Shown here: positions 25,001 to 36,600 of the stretch, piece after piece
How the letters are laid out: the number at the start of each line of letters is the position of its first letter
Numbering within the stretch: position 1 is the first letter of the stretch
Sequence record: OR805295.1
Strand: one strand, 5' to 3'
Length of the DNA stretch: 64,000 nucleotides
Translations under genes and position numbers: made by a program
Notes under the pieces: generated by a model
The model's input: only the letters and a program-made list of their open reading frames with translations
The model's database searches: none
Told to the model about the DNA's origin: nothing

Positions 25001-28000
25001 CCGCATTGTACTCGATCGTATAACGAATTTATATCAAATAATCTAGGTACTTCTATCGGACGGAACGGTGCTTGTTCTCCCTCGTGATCGTCTGGCCAAT
25101 CATATAATGAATCATAGTCATACGCTGTTCCGTTCGCGATATCCATAGGAACATTATATTTTACCCCTAAGTCTCTTATTTTTGTAGTATACGGTTTAAT
25201 TTCTTTTATATAAGAAATAAAACTCTGTATAGGATCAGTTGTAACCGATTCTTGCTGAGTTAAACTTTCTCCTTCTTGATTAACTTTTATATAAGTAGTC
25301 TTGAATACCCAATCTAAGTTTTGTTGCTCAGATAAAATATAATTTATTAACGCAAAGAACACTAAGTTCCTCATTACTAAGTTTGCGTCTTTAAATACAT
25401 TGTTATAAAGAGCAAATATTAGTTCTCGCAGTGCATTATCATTTGTATATGATCTAGATACTGTATAGATTGCAGGCAACAACTGAATAGCACTGTTCTG
25501 ACGTCCAATTAGCGTAAAATTTTGATTACTGTATTGATAAAGTGTAAATTCTTCAGGTCTTACTAATTTAACTATATCGCCGTCTTTTAGTTTTCCTACA
25601 AGTCCTGTTAATTCACCTACAGTAGACACTTGTTTTACAGGTGTTGTATTAAATTGATTAAATCCGTCAGCATACCAGTTTACATATCTCCAAAGAACAG
25701 AAGACGCTAATCCGTCAGCCCATGCAGGATTAAAATCTTTTATAGATATAGTAGACAGAAGACTGTTTGCATTTTGAACAAATACTTTTCTTGCTGCCAT
25801 TCTGTTATCTATCATAGATTGTCTAGGTCTTACTTTTATACCTAATTTACTAAATTCAGACAACGTAGGATCAGGAACTATATCTCCGTTTATGTTATAT
25901 CCAACTAAACTATCTACTAATCTATTCCATAGATATGTAGGGATAACCGAAACTTCGTCGCCTTCCCTTAGTAGTTTCCATTCTGTGTGTTTCTCGTTTA
26001 TATTTTTAGTGTATCTATAATTAACCTGGAATACTGGTGTTTTTCCATTAATAGTTTTTGATACATTAGAAAATACAAACGAATTATTTCCTATAAACGA
26101 GAACCATTTATAACCCTGTGATTTAGGATTAGTTATAAGATTTTCTACACTAGTAGAAGTCATATTTCTACTTTTTATATTATTAGGTATTTCTTGTTTA
26201 CCTTTTACCCAATAATAATATATAGGTGTTGCTTGGCCAGCAGAATTAGTGTCATACCTGACAACATAATCTGTTAACGATTTCGGTGTGCCAGTGCCGT
26301 TGTATAAATCAGGCGTAAACGGACTCGAAACCCATTCGTAAACATTTATTACTGAACCTGGGAATAGTTTACCCCAATTATCTCTTCTATATTCTAGAAT
26401 TTGTTCTTTGGTTTCAGATCCATCTAATTTCCCGGGTTGTTCATATTGTAAATACCTGCAAGTAGATGTATCCCACCATAATCTTCCCACTTCAGAATCT
26501 GTAAATGCTAATTCGTCGTCTATATTTGCAGAATTAGCCGAAACAGAATATGTAGTAGGATCTATTTCTGATTTATAGTGAATGTTTCTATCAGCAGTTC
26601 CCGGTATTAATCCTTTGACTGGATCGTAAACTGGTAGAAAATCTATAGTTTGTTTAGTGTCTTTATCATAGAAGTATGCATTTTCGAATAATTTACTATC
26701 TACTAAATTTTGTCTAGAACGAATATTTGTTATAGTAGATCCGGAAACAACAGCAACTGCCCAGTCATTATCTGAATTTATACTATCAATCCATACTTTA
26801 CCTGATGTTACGTTAACAGTTGCATTATTTTTAAATCTCACATTTTTAAAGAATAAAGGATTCTGTATAGGTACATTAGTTACTTGTTTACCTTCTTTAT
26901 CAAATATTGCATCTATAACACCGTCCGAATCTACAGTATACGAATATACCATGTTGTTTATAACACAATACGGATATAGCGCATTAGTAGCAGGTGTTAG
27001 TCCAGAGTATATAACAAATACACCCCAGTCGATACCTACTGACGAGGCATTACCTACCCAAATGTAACTAGTTAGACTCGGTTTAGAAACATCTTTTCTT
27101 TCCCACAATGTAAATATATTTTTAGGATATAGTATTTGATGAGTAACATCTTTAGTGTTTACATACCCAGCTGTAGGTATATTTCCGTCTAGCTGTTTTG
27201 TAGTAGGAACTAATCTATCATTATACTTAATCTCATTACCTACAATTACTGGCATTCTGCCATTAGGTTTAGATAGCCAACGCTCGTTGTCATCGCTATC
27301 TATAGTAATAATCATATCATATGGACTATCTTCGTCTATTTTATTTTTTATAATAGAAATTAACTTATCTATAGTTATGACAGTCTGGTTATAAATTATT
27401 GCTATTTTGGGAGGTTTTATATAACCGTATCCCGGTTCAGTTATAGTAACAGAATCAATTCTTCCATTTTTTAATACAACCTGTCCTGTTGCTCTAATTT
27501 CCTCTACAATACTATTATTGGGGCTATTTAATTGATTGCCTTGCAAATACGCATCTACATTAGGATCTAAGCCAGCATTAGCTTCTTCAGGTGTAGCAAA
27601 TACTATTATAGGTGTAGTAGTATAAATCATTTCTGAACTTAATACTCTAACTTCAGAAACTTTACCTGTTCCATATGATACAGGATATGATAATTCTACT
27701 ATTTGCGGATCACTTTTTACTAAATCGCCGTCGATTAATACTTCTAATTGTGCATTACTATTAGTAGCACCAAAATCTGCTAACTTAAATGCAAATTCCT
27801 CGTAAATCTGAATATTTTCATTACTTTTAATAAATTCAGATCGTAAGAGTTTATCTACAGACTGCTTTGTACCTTTCTGAGAAATCATGCCTTTATAGAA
27901 TAGATATTGCTGATCGCCTGTAATACGTAGATTGTTTAAATACTCTCTATCTTGGAATCCTATTAAATGTCTAGCAGTTTGTTCTATTATGGGATTATCT

Positions 28001-31000
28001 AATGTATTTTCAGTATCGTAATAATGCCATATCGAATCAGTTAAATTCTCAAAGTTTTGTAATAGATTATCATCTTGTATTAAATAACCATCCGCCTCAA
28101 ATTTACCGTACCAATCGTTTGTGCGAATGCCGCGTAACTGAAGTCTTTTTTGTCTAGAGTATAGTAACGGATCGTATATAGTATCATTAAATATAGTTTT
28201 GTTATCAAATAGTATAGCGTGTTCTGTATCGCTTGTAGAAACACGGAATAGATATATTCCAATTTGATCGCTTTCGTGAGATACAGAGATAGTTCTTCTG
28301 TCCCTATCTATAATAGTATCATTGGGCGATATAGCATATCCATTTTGATCTAATATACTATAAACACCATTTGATATTCTTTCTACCTTCTCAGGATAAC
28401 CTTCGTTTACTTCTAATGTAATTTTAGAAGCACCTGGGGCAACGAATAAAGTGTTATTTGGTGCCCATTGAGTAGTTGCCCAGAATAAGAATCCCTTAGC
28501 AGAAGTAACCCAATTTAATACTTCTCCTGTAGTTTGGTCTATTTCGTTAAATTTCCATCCGTTTAATTCTAAATACTGACCATATCCTATTAGGAAATCA
28601 AATACATCCTGAGGAGTATCTAATTCACTTCCGTATTCTATTTCGTAGAATTCGCTATAATCGCCTTCATTAATATAGTTTACTGTTATACCGCCAGTTG
28701 CAGGAAGTGATTTTAGACGCATCCAGTTATCTTGATTAAATTTTCCCTGTGCTGCAATAACAACGCATTGATAGTAGACTCCGTTATACCGAACTACATC
28801 TCCGTAATTGTACTGAACATTAGTGTCATAAATTGTGAAATTAGAAGTTGTTCCGCCTACATTTATTGTAGTTCCAGATACTAACGTACTTCTAGGAACA
28901 ACTTTAAATACAGGATTTAATACATCATATCCTCTTACTTCAAATTTTCCATATTCGTTCACACGTATTGCAACACCGCTGAATACGTATTCAGTTATAG
29001 GTTTGCCGGTGTATACTCTTACATGTATATTTTCGTTAGGTAACAACATGCTAGAATTAGTAGAGCCGCCAGATATACTATCAGCATATACGTTCAATGT
29101 ATCTACATTGGTATATCCTGCAAGTCTATGTGCTAAACAAACATCTAACGAACGTATCTTACTACCGAAATTGTATGTAATATCTTGTTTACCCATGAAG
29201 GACAATCTATCAAATACATATTGTTGATATCCAGAGTTTAACACTATATTTCCATTTACTACTTCGCCGTGGGCATATGTGTTACTATTAGCAATTCTGG
29301 TATATGTAGAACTCGATATATACTGCTTCGCGTTTATGGGTGCTCTTGTATCGTCAAGTGGATTCCAGTATCTTTCTCCGAAATCTGCAGGTTTCATTAA
29401 ATATAACAATTCTAACTGAACAAATGGCCATTCCGAATTGGTATACCATGCTTCTTCTACAGGACTATTGTCCCCGAATATCCATTCGTCTTGAAGTGTT
29501 TCTATTTCTTGATTAGAAAGCTGCGGAACTATACCTAACTCTTCTGGTGTTTTTAAATCACCAGAAGCATCTGACGGTATTAGATTTGGAACTAATCCAG
29601 TTCTTTTATACTTTTCGTGGGTGCCTGCTCTATTGCCACGGCGAATTATACCGTTTTCAATATCAGTCCACATATCAGTATTTTGTGAAGTATAATCTCC
29701 ATTATATTCTTCATCCCACCAGGTCGGCTTTTCTACAAACCCTAACATTTCCCATGGTGTTTTATTAGGTGTTAGTGTGTTATAGTAGTATTTGTATAAT
29801 CCGCGCCAGGATCCGATAGAATCGTTACTAACTGGACGATAATTCCAGGTTTTCCAGTTTAACGAATTAAATCCAGAATATAATTTATAATTAAGACTAT
29901 TCTTTAAACACCATTTTAAGAAATAAGGTTTTACTATTTCATTATATTGTTGCAGAGTATACCCGTTTTCATAAAATTTTGTCGGTTTTACATCGTCTAA
30001 TTTAAGTAATAAATTGTAATCTAGTCTAAATTTGTCGGCAATATTGTTATATATTCTTGTTTCGAATTCTAATAATAGATCATCCCTAATATCGCCGTAG
30101 GTGGGTATTTTAGAACCATCATGACCTAAAATTACTTCTGTAGGAGTAACATAACTAGTATCTACAATTATTTTAGGTTGATATACAGGATAACATCCTA
30201 TTTTAGAAGGTGTTGCAGGTATTTTTGCAGAAAGTATGTTATTGTATATACGAACAATATACGACGTATTCGAAGGTGTGCTAGACAGTTTAACAACTAA
30301 ATTATTATTAGAATACGATAGTGTATAGTCTTTATCTATTGTTAATGTATTGTAATCAACAGAAGTGCCAGTTCTTCTAAATACAAGAACAGAAGAATCC
30401 ATTTTACCTAATATGTTATTAGTCGGTACTAATAATGTATTTCCTACTGATGCGCTAGAGAAATTGTATTCATCGTATACATCACCCCATGCAGCCATAT
30501 ATGATTGCGTGAAGGCACCATTGTATTCGAACGTACTAGTAACGCGATTTATCACATACGTAAACAATGCATCTATGTTTACTGGGTTTGTATTTTGATT
30601 TAAAGGCGCTGCTATTAATTCTTTTGCATATTTTATGAACTTATCTTTATATCTAGTATACTCGTCGCGTGCAAATCTTATAGCAGAATTTATATTTAAT
30701 TCTTCGCTAGAAGATACAAGCATTGTTTTTAACAATGGACTTCTATTTTGTAGAATAAATGTACCTAAAGATTTGTCTTCTGCAGTATCTCTGTAATTAT
30801 TATTAGAACTATAAGGATCTCCTTTAAATCCTATTTGATTAGTCATTATACTAACAAAATGGTTTGTTAACTCATTCGACGAGTATTCATTTACTTCTAA
30901 GTTGTTAGGGTTATTCTCTAATTGTTGTGGAATTTGATAATACCCTAGTGCGTTATCTGGCAAAGCTTCTTTAGAATAGGTGTATGTTTGAATAACATCA

Positions 31001-33612
31001 GTTGCAGAGAGTGATCTTAGTATTTTTATAGTTTTAGTAGGTTTCCCGTCGTTATCTAGGACTATAGTAAATTCCACATTCTGTGCAAGGGTAGATTTAT
31101 TGTATTCTACTCTTATGTCAAATATACCCGGTTCCAATTCTTCGGGTGTTACGCTTAGTTCGTATTCTTTTTGCGAAGAATCCGATACTACAAATCTATC
31201 TATTACTCTTTGTTTAGAATTTCCGTCAAATGGCACCCAGGTATGCTCATACGTGGGATTAGAGCCAGATATTGTATAATTCCATTGTTTAAAATAATAA
31301 TAACCTTTTATTGGTTCAAATTCATTTCCATTGAAGTATTGGAATACATCCATGTGAAGATCGTGTCTAAACACAATATCGGATATTTGACCTAAGTTTT
31401 TTACTTCAATAGGAAATCCTAGTATTTCATCGTCGTATGCACTTTCTTCATTTACTTTATATGAAAAAATCTTAGATCCAGCAAATGTAGATTGCGGGAA
31501 ACTATCCAACGAAATTGCATTGTTATTAGAGTCTAAATCGGTATAATATAAATTAAATAAAGGAGCTTGGTTAGCATTTGTTTTTCTATTATAAGTCCTT
31601 TCCCATTGTACTCCAGTATAATAGAACATGTCTCCTGCAAATGTATCTCCTTCAGTTACTAATACTACATCTCCTTTAGCAACTTTTGTATATTTGTTAG
31701 GAACAGGGATTATACTGTTTACTACAGTATTGTCTGGCTGTTCTACTTTAACTATTTTCCATATATAGTCTGTTGCATTTAGTGTAAGAGTTTCGTTATC
31801 TCTTACTATTAATTTAACAATACTATCGTCGGGCACTATATTTTTAAATTCTACTAATAGTGCATTATCTTGTTCTATTGTAAAACTAACAAAATCATCT
31901 GCAGGATTATATAAGTAGTCATACGATACTGGATCATTGTTTGCATCTCTTGTATATGCATCTATTTGAATACCTATTATATGATTACCTATATTTTGTT
32001 GAGTAAAATTAAAAGTAAAATCATTATTAAATAAAAATGTTCTTCTAGCGCCTGGTCCTTCTATTGCTTCGGCAGCAGGCTTCTTATACATGTTTACTTT
32101 ATTGTTTACATTTATTTCTACTTGGTCACCAGGCAATAACCCATCTATGTTATCATTTATGATTACATCAAATGCTAAATTAGTAGGTAAGGTAGTTCCT
32201 GTAATGGTTACAATGCTATTATTCTTGCCAACAGGTGTATTTAATGTTTCTACATTAAATGTAAACGAAGTTCTTGGCTGTCTTATAGATGTTCCTCTGT
32301 TAACTACATCTATAGTCTTAATAGTTCCTACGCTAGATGGTGTATAAAATTTATATTCAATGCCATTTGTTATGTTTTCAAAACTAACATTGTTTATATC
32401 ATACGAAATAGGATTCCATTGCAATCCTTTTGTGTCTGCAATGAAATTCATTTGGTTTAATTCATCTTCGTACGAATACCATTCGGGATTGTAAAACATT
32501 TTGTTACCACGTTTTACAATTACAAATATATCATCTGTATCAGTAAATGGTTTTCGTAATATTATATTGTATGGTGCTGCATCTGCAATAAATGTATCTA
32601 CAATTGGATAAGTTATTGTGCTATTAGATAAGAAAATTAACTTATCTTGATCTTCTAATAGTTTTCCATCAATAGTGTATGATGCAGAATTTGATATACT
32701 AGAAATATTATCAGACTCGGCTACTAGATTGACTTCACCTAAGTAATTATTTCCAGATTTAAATAACTCTATATCTCTATCAAACTCTATAATAGGTCTT
32801 CTTGCCTTAACTGCGTTGTTATACGTAGATGTATTAGTTGCAGAGGCAGAAGTTGCCATTACAGATTTATGATACCATTTGTTAGTGCGCGACCAGGCGT
32901 TGCCATCTCTGCAGCCACGCTCTATAGTGATATAATCTACCGAACCGACCGTATCTACTAAGTGAGATTCATCTTTTACTAAAATAATACCTTTTCCAAC
33001 ACCTTCTACAGTTAACGGTCTATTAAATGAAGACGAGTTAGTATATTGTATTCTGAGTCCGTTAGAAAGCTGAATAGTATTACCGTTTTCTAATGTTATA
33101 CTGGCGTTCTTTTTTCCTATTATATTGTTTATTATCCATTCGTCTGCGTTTATACCACTTTCGTTTTCTACTGTTAACATAATAACAGGCAGCCGATCTT
33201 CTATCCAATAATAATTTTGGAAATTTATAAATTTATCTAAATCTATCGGCGGACCGAAAGAATAATATCCACCAGAAAATAAAGTGTCATTATTCTTTGT
33301 ATTGGCACCATAATAATTTAACCTGTTTAACAAGTCTTGGTAAAACATTATATTTGTTTGATCTAACGTAGTAGAATCAATACTATACGAGGTTGCTTCT
33401 AACTGATACCAAGTCCGTTCTTTAGTAGGTTCTGCTAAGTAATAATCGTTTATGGGATCATGTCTACCAGGAACTCTTCTACCTATGTAAGCAGTTATAT
33501 CCTCTACATTCTTTTTAGAAAATAGTTGCTCAAATGTAGCTAAAAAGAATCTTTTTTGGGTATCTGTTCTAAATATACCAGGTAACTTGTTAAACGTTTT
33601 TAATGTTGCCAT
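22039..33612 (-). CDS. giant virion structural protein, 3857 aa, probable baseplate wedge (gp7-like position)
   Basis: Uninterrupted 11.6-kb ORF directly after gp6-like gene; no enzyme motif recognised. Confidence 0.85.
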   Translation of the reverse strand: MATLKTFNKLPGIFRTDTQKRFFLATFEQLFSKKNVEDITAYIGRRVPGRHDPINDYYLAEPTKERTWYQLEATSYSIDSTTLDQTNIMFYQDLLNRLNYYGANTKNNDTLFSGGYYSFGPPIDLDKFINFQNYYWIEDRLPVIMLTVENESGINADEWIINNIIGKKNASITLENGNTIQLSNGLRIQYTNSSSFNRPLTVEGVGKGIILVKDESHLVDTVGSVDYITIERGCRDGNAWSRTNKWYHKSVMATSASATNTSTYNNAVKARRPIIEFDRDIELFKSGNNYLGEVNLVAESDNISSISNSASYTIDGKLLEDQDKLIFLSNSTITYPIVDTFIADAAPYNIILRKPFTDTDDIFVIVKRGNKMFYNPEWYSYEDELNQMNFIADTKGLQWNPISYDINNVSFENITNGIEYKFYTPSSVGTIKTIDVVNRGTSIRQPRTSFTFNVETLNTPVGKNNSIVTITGTTLPTNLAFDVIINDNIDGLLPGDQVEINVNNKVNMYKKPAAEAIEGPGARRTFLFNNDFTFNFTQQNIGNHIIGIQIDAYTRDANNDPVSYDYLYNPADDFVSFTIEQDNALLVEFKNIVPDDSIVKLIVRDNETLTLNATDYIWKIVKVEQPDNTVVNSIIPVPNKYTKVAKGDVVLVTEGDTFAGDMFYYTGVQWERTYNRKTNANQAPLFNLYYTDLDSNNNAISLDSFPQSTFAGSKIFSYKVNEESAYDDEILGFPIEVKNLGQISDIVFRHDLHMDVFQYFNGNEFEPIKGYYYFKQWNYTISGSNPTYEHTWVPFDGNSKQRVIDRFVVSDSSQKEYELSVTPEELEPGIFDIRVEYNKSTLAQNVEFTIVLDNDGKPTKTIKILRSLSATDVIQTYTYSKEALPDNALGYYQIPQQLENNPNNLEVNEYSSNELTNHFVSIMTNQIGFKGDPYSSNNNYRDTAEDKSLGTFILQNRSPLLKTMLVSSSEELNINSAIRFARDEYTRYKDKFIKYAKELIAAPLNQNTNPVNIDALFTYVINRVTSTFEYNGAFTQSYMAAWGDVYDEYNFSSASVGNTLLVPTNNILGKMDSSVLVFRRTGTSVDYNTLTIDKDYTLSYSNNNLVVKLSSTPSNTSYIVRIYNNILSAKIPATPSKIGCYPVYQPKIIVDTSYVTPTEVILGHDGSKIPTYGDIRDDLLLEFETRIYNNIADKFRLDYNLLLKLDDVKPTKFYENGYTLQQYNEIVKPYFLKWCLKNSLNYKLYSGFNSLNWKTWNYRPVSNDSIGSWRGLYKYYYNTLTPNKTPWEMLGFVEKPTWWDEEYNGDYTSQNTDMWTDIENGIIRRGNRAGTHEKYKRTGLVPNLIPSDASGDLKTPEELGIVPQLSNQEIETLQDEWIFGDNSPVEEAWYTNSEWPFVQLELLYLMKPADFGERYWNPLDDTRAPINAKQYISSSTYTRIANSNTYAHGEVVNGNIVLNSGYQQYVFDRLSFMGKQDITYNFGSKIRSLDVCLAHRLAGYTNVDTLNVYADSISGGSTNSSMLLPNENIHVRVYTGKPITEYVFSGVAIRVNEYGKFEVRGYDVLNPVFKVVPRSTLVSGTTINVGGTTSNFTIYDTNVQYNYGDVVRYNGVYYQCVVIAAQGKFNQDNWMRLKSLPATGGITVNYINEGDYSEFYEIEYGSELDTPQDVFDFLIGYGQYLELNGWKFNEIDQTTGEVLNWVTSAKGFLFWATTQWAPNNTLFVAPGASKITLEVNEGYPEKVERISNGVYSILDQNGYAISPNDTIIDRDRRTISVSHESDQIGIYLFRVSTSDTEHAILFDNKTIFNDTIYDPLLYSRQKRLQLRGIRTNDWYGKFEADGYLIQDDNLLQNFENLTDSIWHYYDTENTLDNPIIEQTARHLIGFQDREYLNNLRITGDQQYLFYKGMISQKGTKQSVDKLLRSEFIKSNENIQIYEEFAFKLADFGATNSNAQLEVLIDGDLVKSDPQIVELSYPVSYGTGKVSEVRVLSSEMIYTTTPIIVFATPEEANAGLDPNVDAYLQGNQLNSPNNSIVEEIRATGQVVLKNGRIDSVTITEPGYGYIKPPKIAIIYNQTVITIDKLISIIKNKIDEDSPYDMIITIDSDDNERWLSKPNGRMPVIVGNEIKYNDRLVPTTKQLDGNIPTAGYVNTKDVTHQILYPKNIFTLWERKDVSKPSLTSYIWVGNASSVGIDWGVFVIYSGLTPATNALYPYCVINNMVYSYTVDSDGVIDAIFDKEGKQVTNVPIQNPLFFKNVRFKNNATVNVTSGKVWIDSINSDNDWAVAVVSGSTITNIRSRQNLVDSKLFENAYFYDKDTKQTIDFLPVYDPVKGLIPGTADRNIHYKSEIDPTTYSVSANSANIDDELAFTDSEVGRLWWDTSTCRYLQYEQPGKLDGSETKEQILEYRRDNWGKLFPGSVINVYEWVSSPFTPDLYNGTGTPKSLTDYVVRYDTNSAGQATPIYYYWVKGKQEIPNNIKSRNMTSTSVENLITNPKSQGYKWFSFIGNNSFVFSNVSKTINGKTPVFQVNYRYTKNINEKHTEWKLLREGDEVSVIPTYLWNRLVDSLVGYNINGDIVPDPTLSEFSKLGIKVRPRQSMIDNRMAARKVFVQNANSLLSTISIKDFNPAWADGLASSVLWRYVNWYADGFNQFNTTPVKQVSTVGELTGLVGKLKDGDIVKLVRPEEFTLYQYSNQNFTLIGRQNSAIQLLPAIYTVSRSYTNDNALRELIFALYNNVFKDANLVMRNLVFFALINYILSEQQNLDWVFKTTYIKVNQEGESLTQQESVTTDPIQSFISYIKEIKPYTTKIRDLGVKYNVPMDIANGTAYDYDSLYDWPDDHEGEQAPFRPIEVPRLFDINSLYDRVQCGYITKPNYIDLGDQTFIGTGGQVVLIANTPNDEFIALDGISQYQLGANKDISRITSVTINGQEIEGYTFTTILNATFIILPSTPDAGDVIIVNYTDIKSVWKIKVDGKTITKEQYDVEINENGYLQVTFKSNTLIKIGSKIKLYSGTEFTQTPLEEMRLEYNARQPGKVLKPIFDLAIDPAGKIAGGWGIPKWGQLRWGIPGTIQEGNRQLWTEYLQYSGAAGRYILYQTDLQRDILSAAPINGSYPYSSFTERLYESSAGERDVLFQFNERFGDEYGCDYEGKVIDAKDFEYIFSRPWDSTKWDEYAWDASTATYVITPNYTETSATVISEGKTTFVIRYVVDITGVTLNGSSTQYTATKGSNFTSIEVPGAAEGDEIVFTFNPVTNTFNSDTSKPIIDGAYFEDTNVREGIPEEQALVSPTENMVIIVDSNAKTTEVQYVVTNTDTSNPFVKIVLTEKIVLQDIIGLVINGDPNTEDKLKFNIDNNGINTVVIAYPTSFSTGDIISVVYKDNYTSQTTVANDYRFDTNSVVRDNTQGYITVDLRNTKQNKDINTWDTFAWDPSIDSPENADSVYLLPIDMPTIANPDEVVAQASGQLTYKFVDITANGVDTMIHTGMNILPNRVQGVYSSGVAMYGYTVVVDNSGITPELVINFEIAPSAGTVITVKYQSYSIMKLDDYVSYVMNKYNITSVTTSEYKLQTIDMFVAANKRMISVSNNLYTRKSKEMLYTNTKLFTVDTSIRNFVGETVYINGISKTKDKDYTIEFTNITGDNAKLLVVYKGTLNAGDIIRIDWTETNIQKVTDIVNNSWVAVFNEQHNFINPVTMQGDNVVIKYPAKPLSFRVHLDEMGETHYVRISDYYSTRLAKPLKLTDKSIELVDASAIVDPSSSKPGVVWIGTERIEFLYKRGNKLHGLTRGSLGTSVYTGTNGDTTVPLYTRVFDGSYKQEQEDTGKYIWENNNGGLALSTTPWAIFLQNRPGSGLTP

Positions 33613-33618
33613 TTTTGG

Positions 33619-36600
33619 TTAAATTCTCATATTCATTTCTGTTAAGTTATTTACTATCTCTACATTAGCTACAGTTGCAGTAGATATAAACAATTCATCC
33701 GATTCTGCTCTAATTTGGAATAAATTACCAAATTTAGAAGTTTGTTCTATAGGTACTATAACAACCGAACCTATAACTCCCGCTAGGGTTTGGTGAATGT
33801 ATGCTGCTAATTCTGTATAATAGAATGATTCACCGAAATCCCAGTTGTTTATGTTAAAATATTCGTCTATTGCAGAAACAACTTTAGATTTTATTTCGTT
33901 ATCAGTTAAAGTAGTAGAACCTACTTTAACTACTTTGAATGTACATTTGTATTCTTCTCTTGCTTGCTGACCAAATAATACTTTAAATCTAGCAGGCTGG
34001 AATACAATTTGGTCTGACAGCATTTTGTATGTACTAAGATCACCAAATTGTATTCTTAGTTCTTCAGTAGTAGGCGATTCAGGGAAACGTTCGATAGGTA
34101 AATTTTGATTTTTCCATTTAAGGATATCGTCATAATACGATTGTGTTAAAGTTACCATATCTACAATATTACTTATACTAGGATCTATTCTGTTATCTGA
34201 AGGAGCATAGTGTTTCCATTTATAATGCAATGGATAAAACTGAGAATCCTCATTCTGTGTATAACCCCTTCCGTTACTAACACTATGGTCATCATCAAAC
34301 ACATATGATAATACAGCATAACTTGCAGTTAATGTCATAAACTGTGCTAATGAAGACGAATTAGCCTTCGCTGCGGTTATACCTGTTATTTCGTTAATAG
34401 TTTGGTTATTTCCATTGTTAATACGTATTGTTTCGAAAATACGACTACCGGGAGAATCTAAATTCTGTGTTACAATATTTATTCCGTCATTTTCTATGCG
34501 TTCTATAAAAATAGTTGTCCCATCAACACTATTATTACTATTATAATTATCAGAATATATTGCTTCTAATACTTTAGTCCTTAGCAATGATTTAAAAGAT
34601 GATTCTGCTGCACTTGCAATTAAAACTAAGTCCCTTGCAACAACATCATTATAATTAAAATCTAAACTATTAGGATTCTGTTGGCGAAGATCTAGCCAAG
34701 ATGCTTGCCATAATCTATTATATTCATACCCGTCGTAATCTGTAGTTTTTTCGTGAAAAACTAAATCAGTGGGTGAAACAAATTGTTCGAAAATAAAAGT
34801 ATTATCTGGTATACCGTCTCTATCTCTGTCTGCAGGAACTACTACTATTTTTCTGGGATCACTATATCCGTCAGATTCTATAAATGTTTGGAAAGAATTC
34901 CAGACAATAGAATTACCTAATTGGCCTTGATTAGAATAAAATATTCGTATAATATCGTTAACTTGTTGTCCTACGTATTCTGCATCTAAAACGCCAGCAG
35001 ATGCAGCTCCAGTTGGCAATGCACCCGGTAATAATATGCCGTTTTGCCAATACTGAATTTCTTTAGGTAAAGTATCTCTGTATTTTAAAATTATTTTGTT
35101 GTCGGGATAAGTTAAACTAACTATACCATTAACCAAACGCCATTGACCGTTTCCGATAAACTGCCAATTTTCTACTATAGTAGGACCTGTGTTAATTCCT
35201 AGTATTTCTATTTCATCTCTTTGTGCAGAACCAGTGTTTATGTCATATTCGGTTTCGTCTGTATCGTAATAAAATTCTACAGTACCGTTTGTTTCAAATA
35301 TAAACTTTGTTCCTCTCGATAAAAATGTATAATTATCTGTTTCAGTAGAATATGTTAAAACAAGCATCCAGTCTTTTCTAACTGCAGGCTGAGATAAAGA
35401 TAAATCGAATTCAAAATTATCTAAATTTGTAGTAGGTACGCCTAATACAATAAACCACGAACCTTCTGGATCTACATCTATATCGTACTTTAAACCAAAT
35501 TCATTTCTTCTAAATAGTTGATTTGCTATATCTGTAGTTTCTTCTGTATCAAACGTTGTTTTATATCTAGGATATACACTATCTACATACCAATTTGCTG
35601 GAATTTCTATATCAAATACAAATAAACTTGCGTTTAATCTAGTTGCAATAAACTCATTATCTGTAGTTGCATCCCCTTGTGACACCGGGTTGGTAATACT
35701 TTTAACGGTTACTTCTTTATATTCTGTACCGTTTGTAAATTTAATTTTAGATCCGACAGAAAGGAATCTAAATTCCCCTTCTGGTCTATTATTATAATTC
35801 GTAGGGTATATATAGTTGGTAGATCCTTTAACTAAGTATCCTGTATTAGTTGCATCAGACGACGGATACGTTACCCACCTTGCTTGAGTAGAAGTGTATC
35901 TAAATATATTAGGAACTCCAGGGCGAACAATGGAGGTATTTATGGGGTTAGGAGTTGGGTTTTGTCTATATCTTATATACTCACTTAGGTAATTATTCCA
36001 ATAAAAGTTGATTAAATCTTGATTTCTGATAAATGTCTGTAAATTATTTCTAACTACTATATTTTCGCTAACTAATTTATCACCCATTGCTACTGTAGTA
36101 GAAGGCACAGTACTCTGATTGTATATAGAACCATCTTCGCCGAAAATATTTAAATTTTGATGAAATCCAGTTGGATCGTTAATATCTATGTATCTAGAAT
36201 GTCCAGAATGAGTTCTATTGATAGCATGAACTTTTGCAATAGAACTACCCTGCGTTAACGGGAAAACATTATAGTCCTCGTTGTTTACCATTCTATCTTG
36301 GGTATAGTATACTTGAGGTGCTCTGGTTTTTATCTCATCGTTTGTTTCTGTAGGCGAAGAATTAGATATAGTTTGTTCTAAACTAAAAATTAATCGAAGA
36401 TCATATTGTTGAGAATCCGCACCTATATACGGTATTACTAATTCCATCCCGGATGCTTCTTCCGGACGTAAAGTAAAAGTAGTGTTAGATGAAACTCTAT
36501 ACCATACTCTAAATGTACCTGTAGGAATAGTACCGAAATTTCCATCAGAGAATTTAACAGAAATTTGATCATTAACTCTAGAAACTACTTCAAATATATT

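Noticed and set aside
22990-32347. Numerous + strand ORFs of 60-130 aa opposite the giant gene
   Set aside because: Antisense shadows of the 3857-aa ORF; no expression signals seen.
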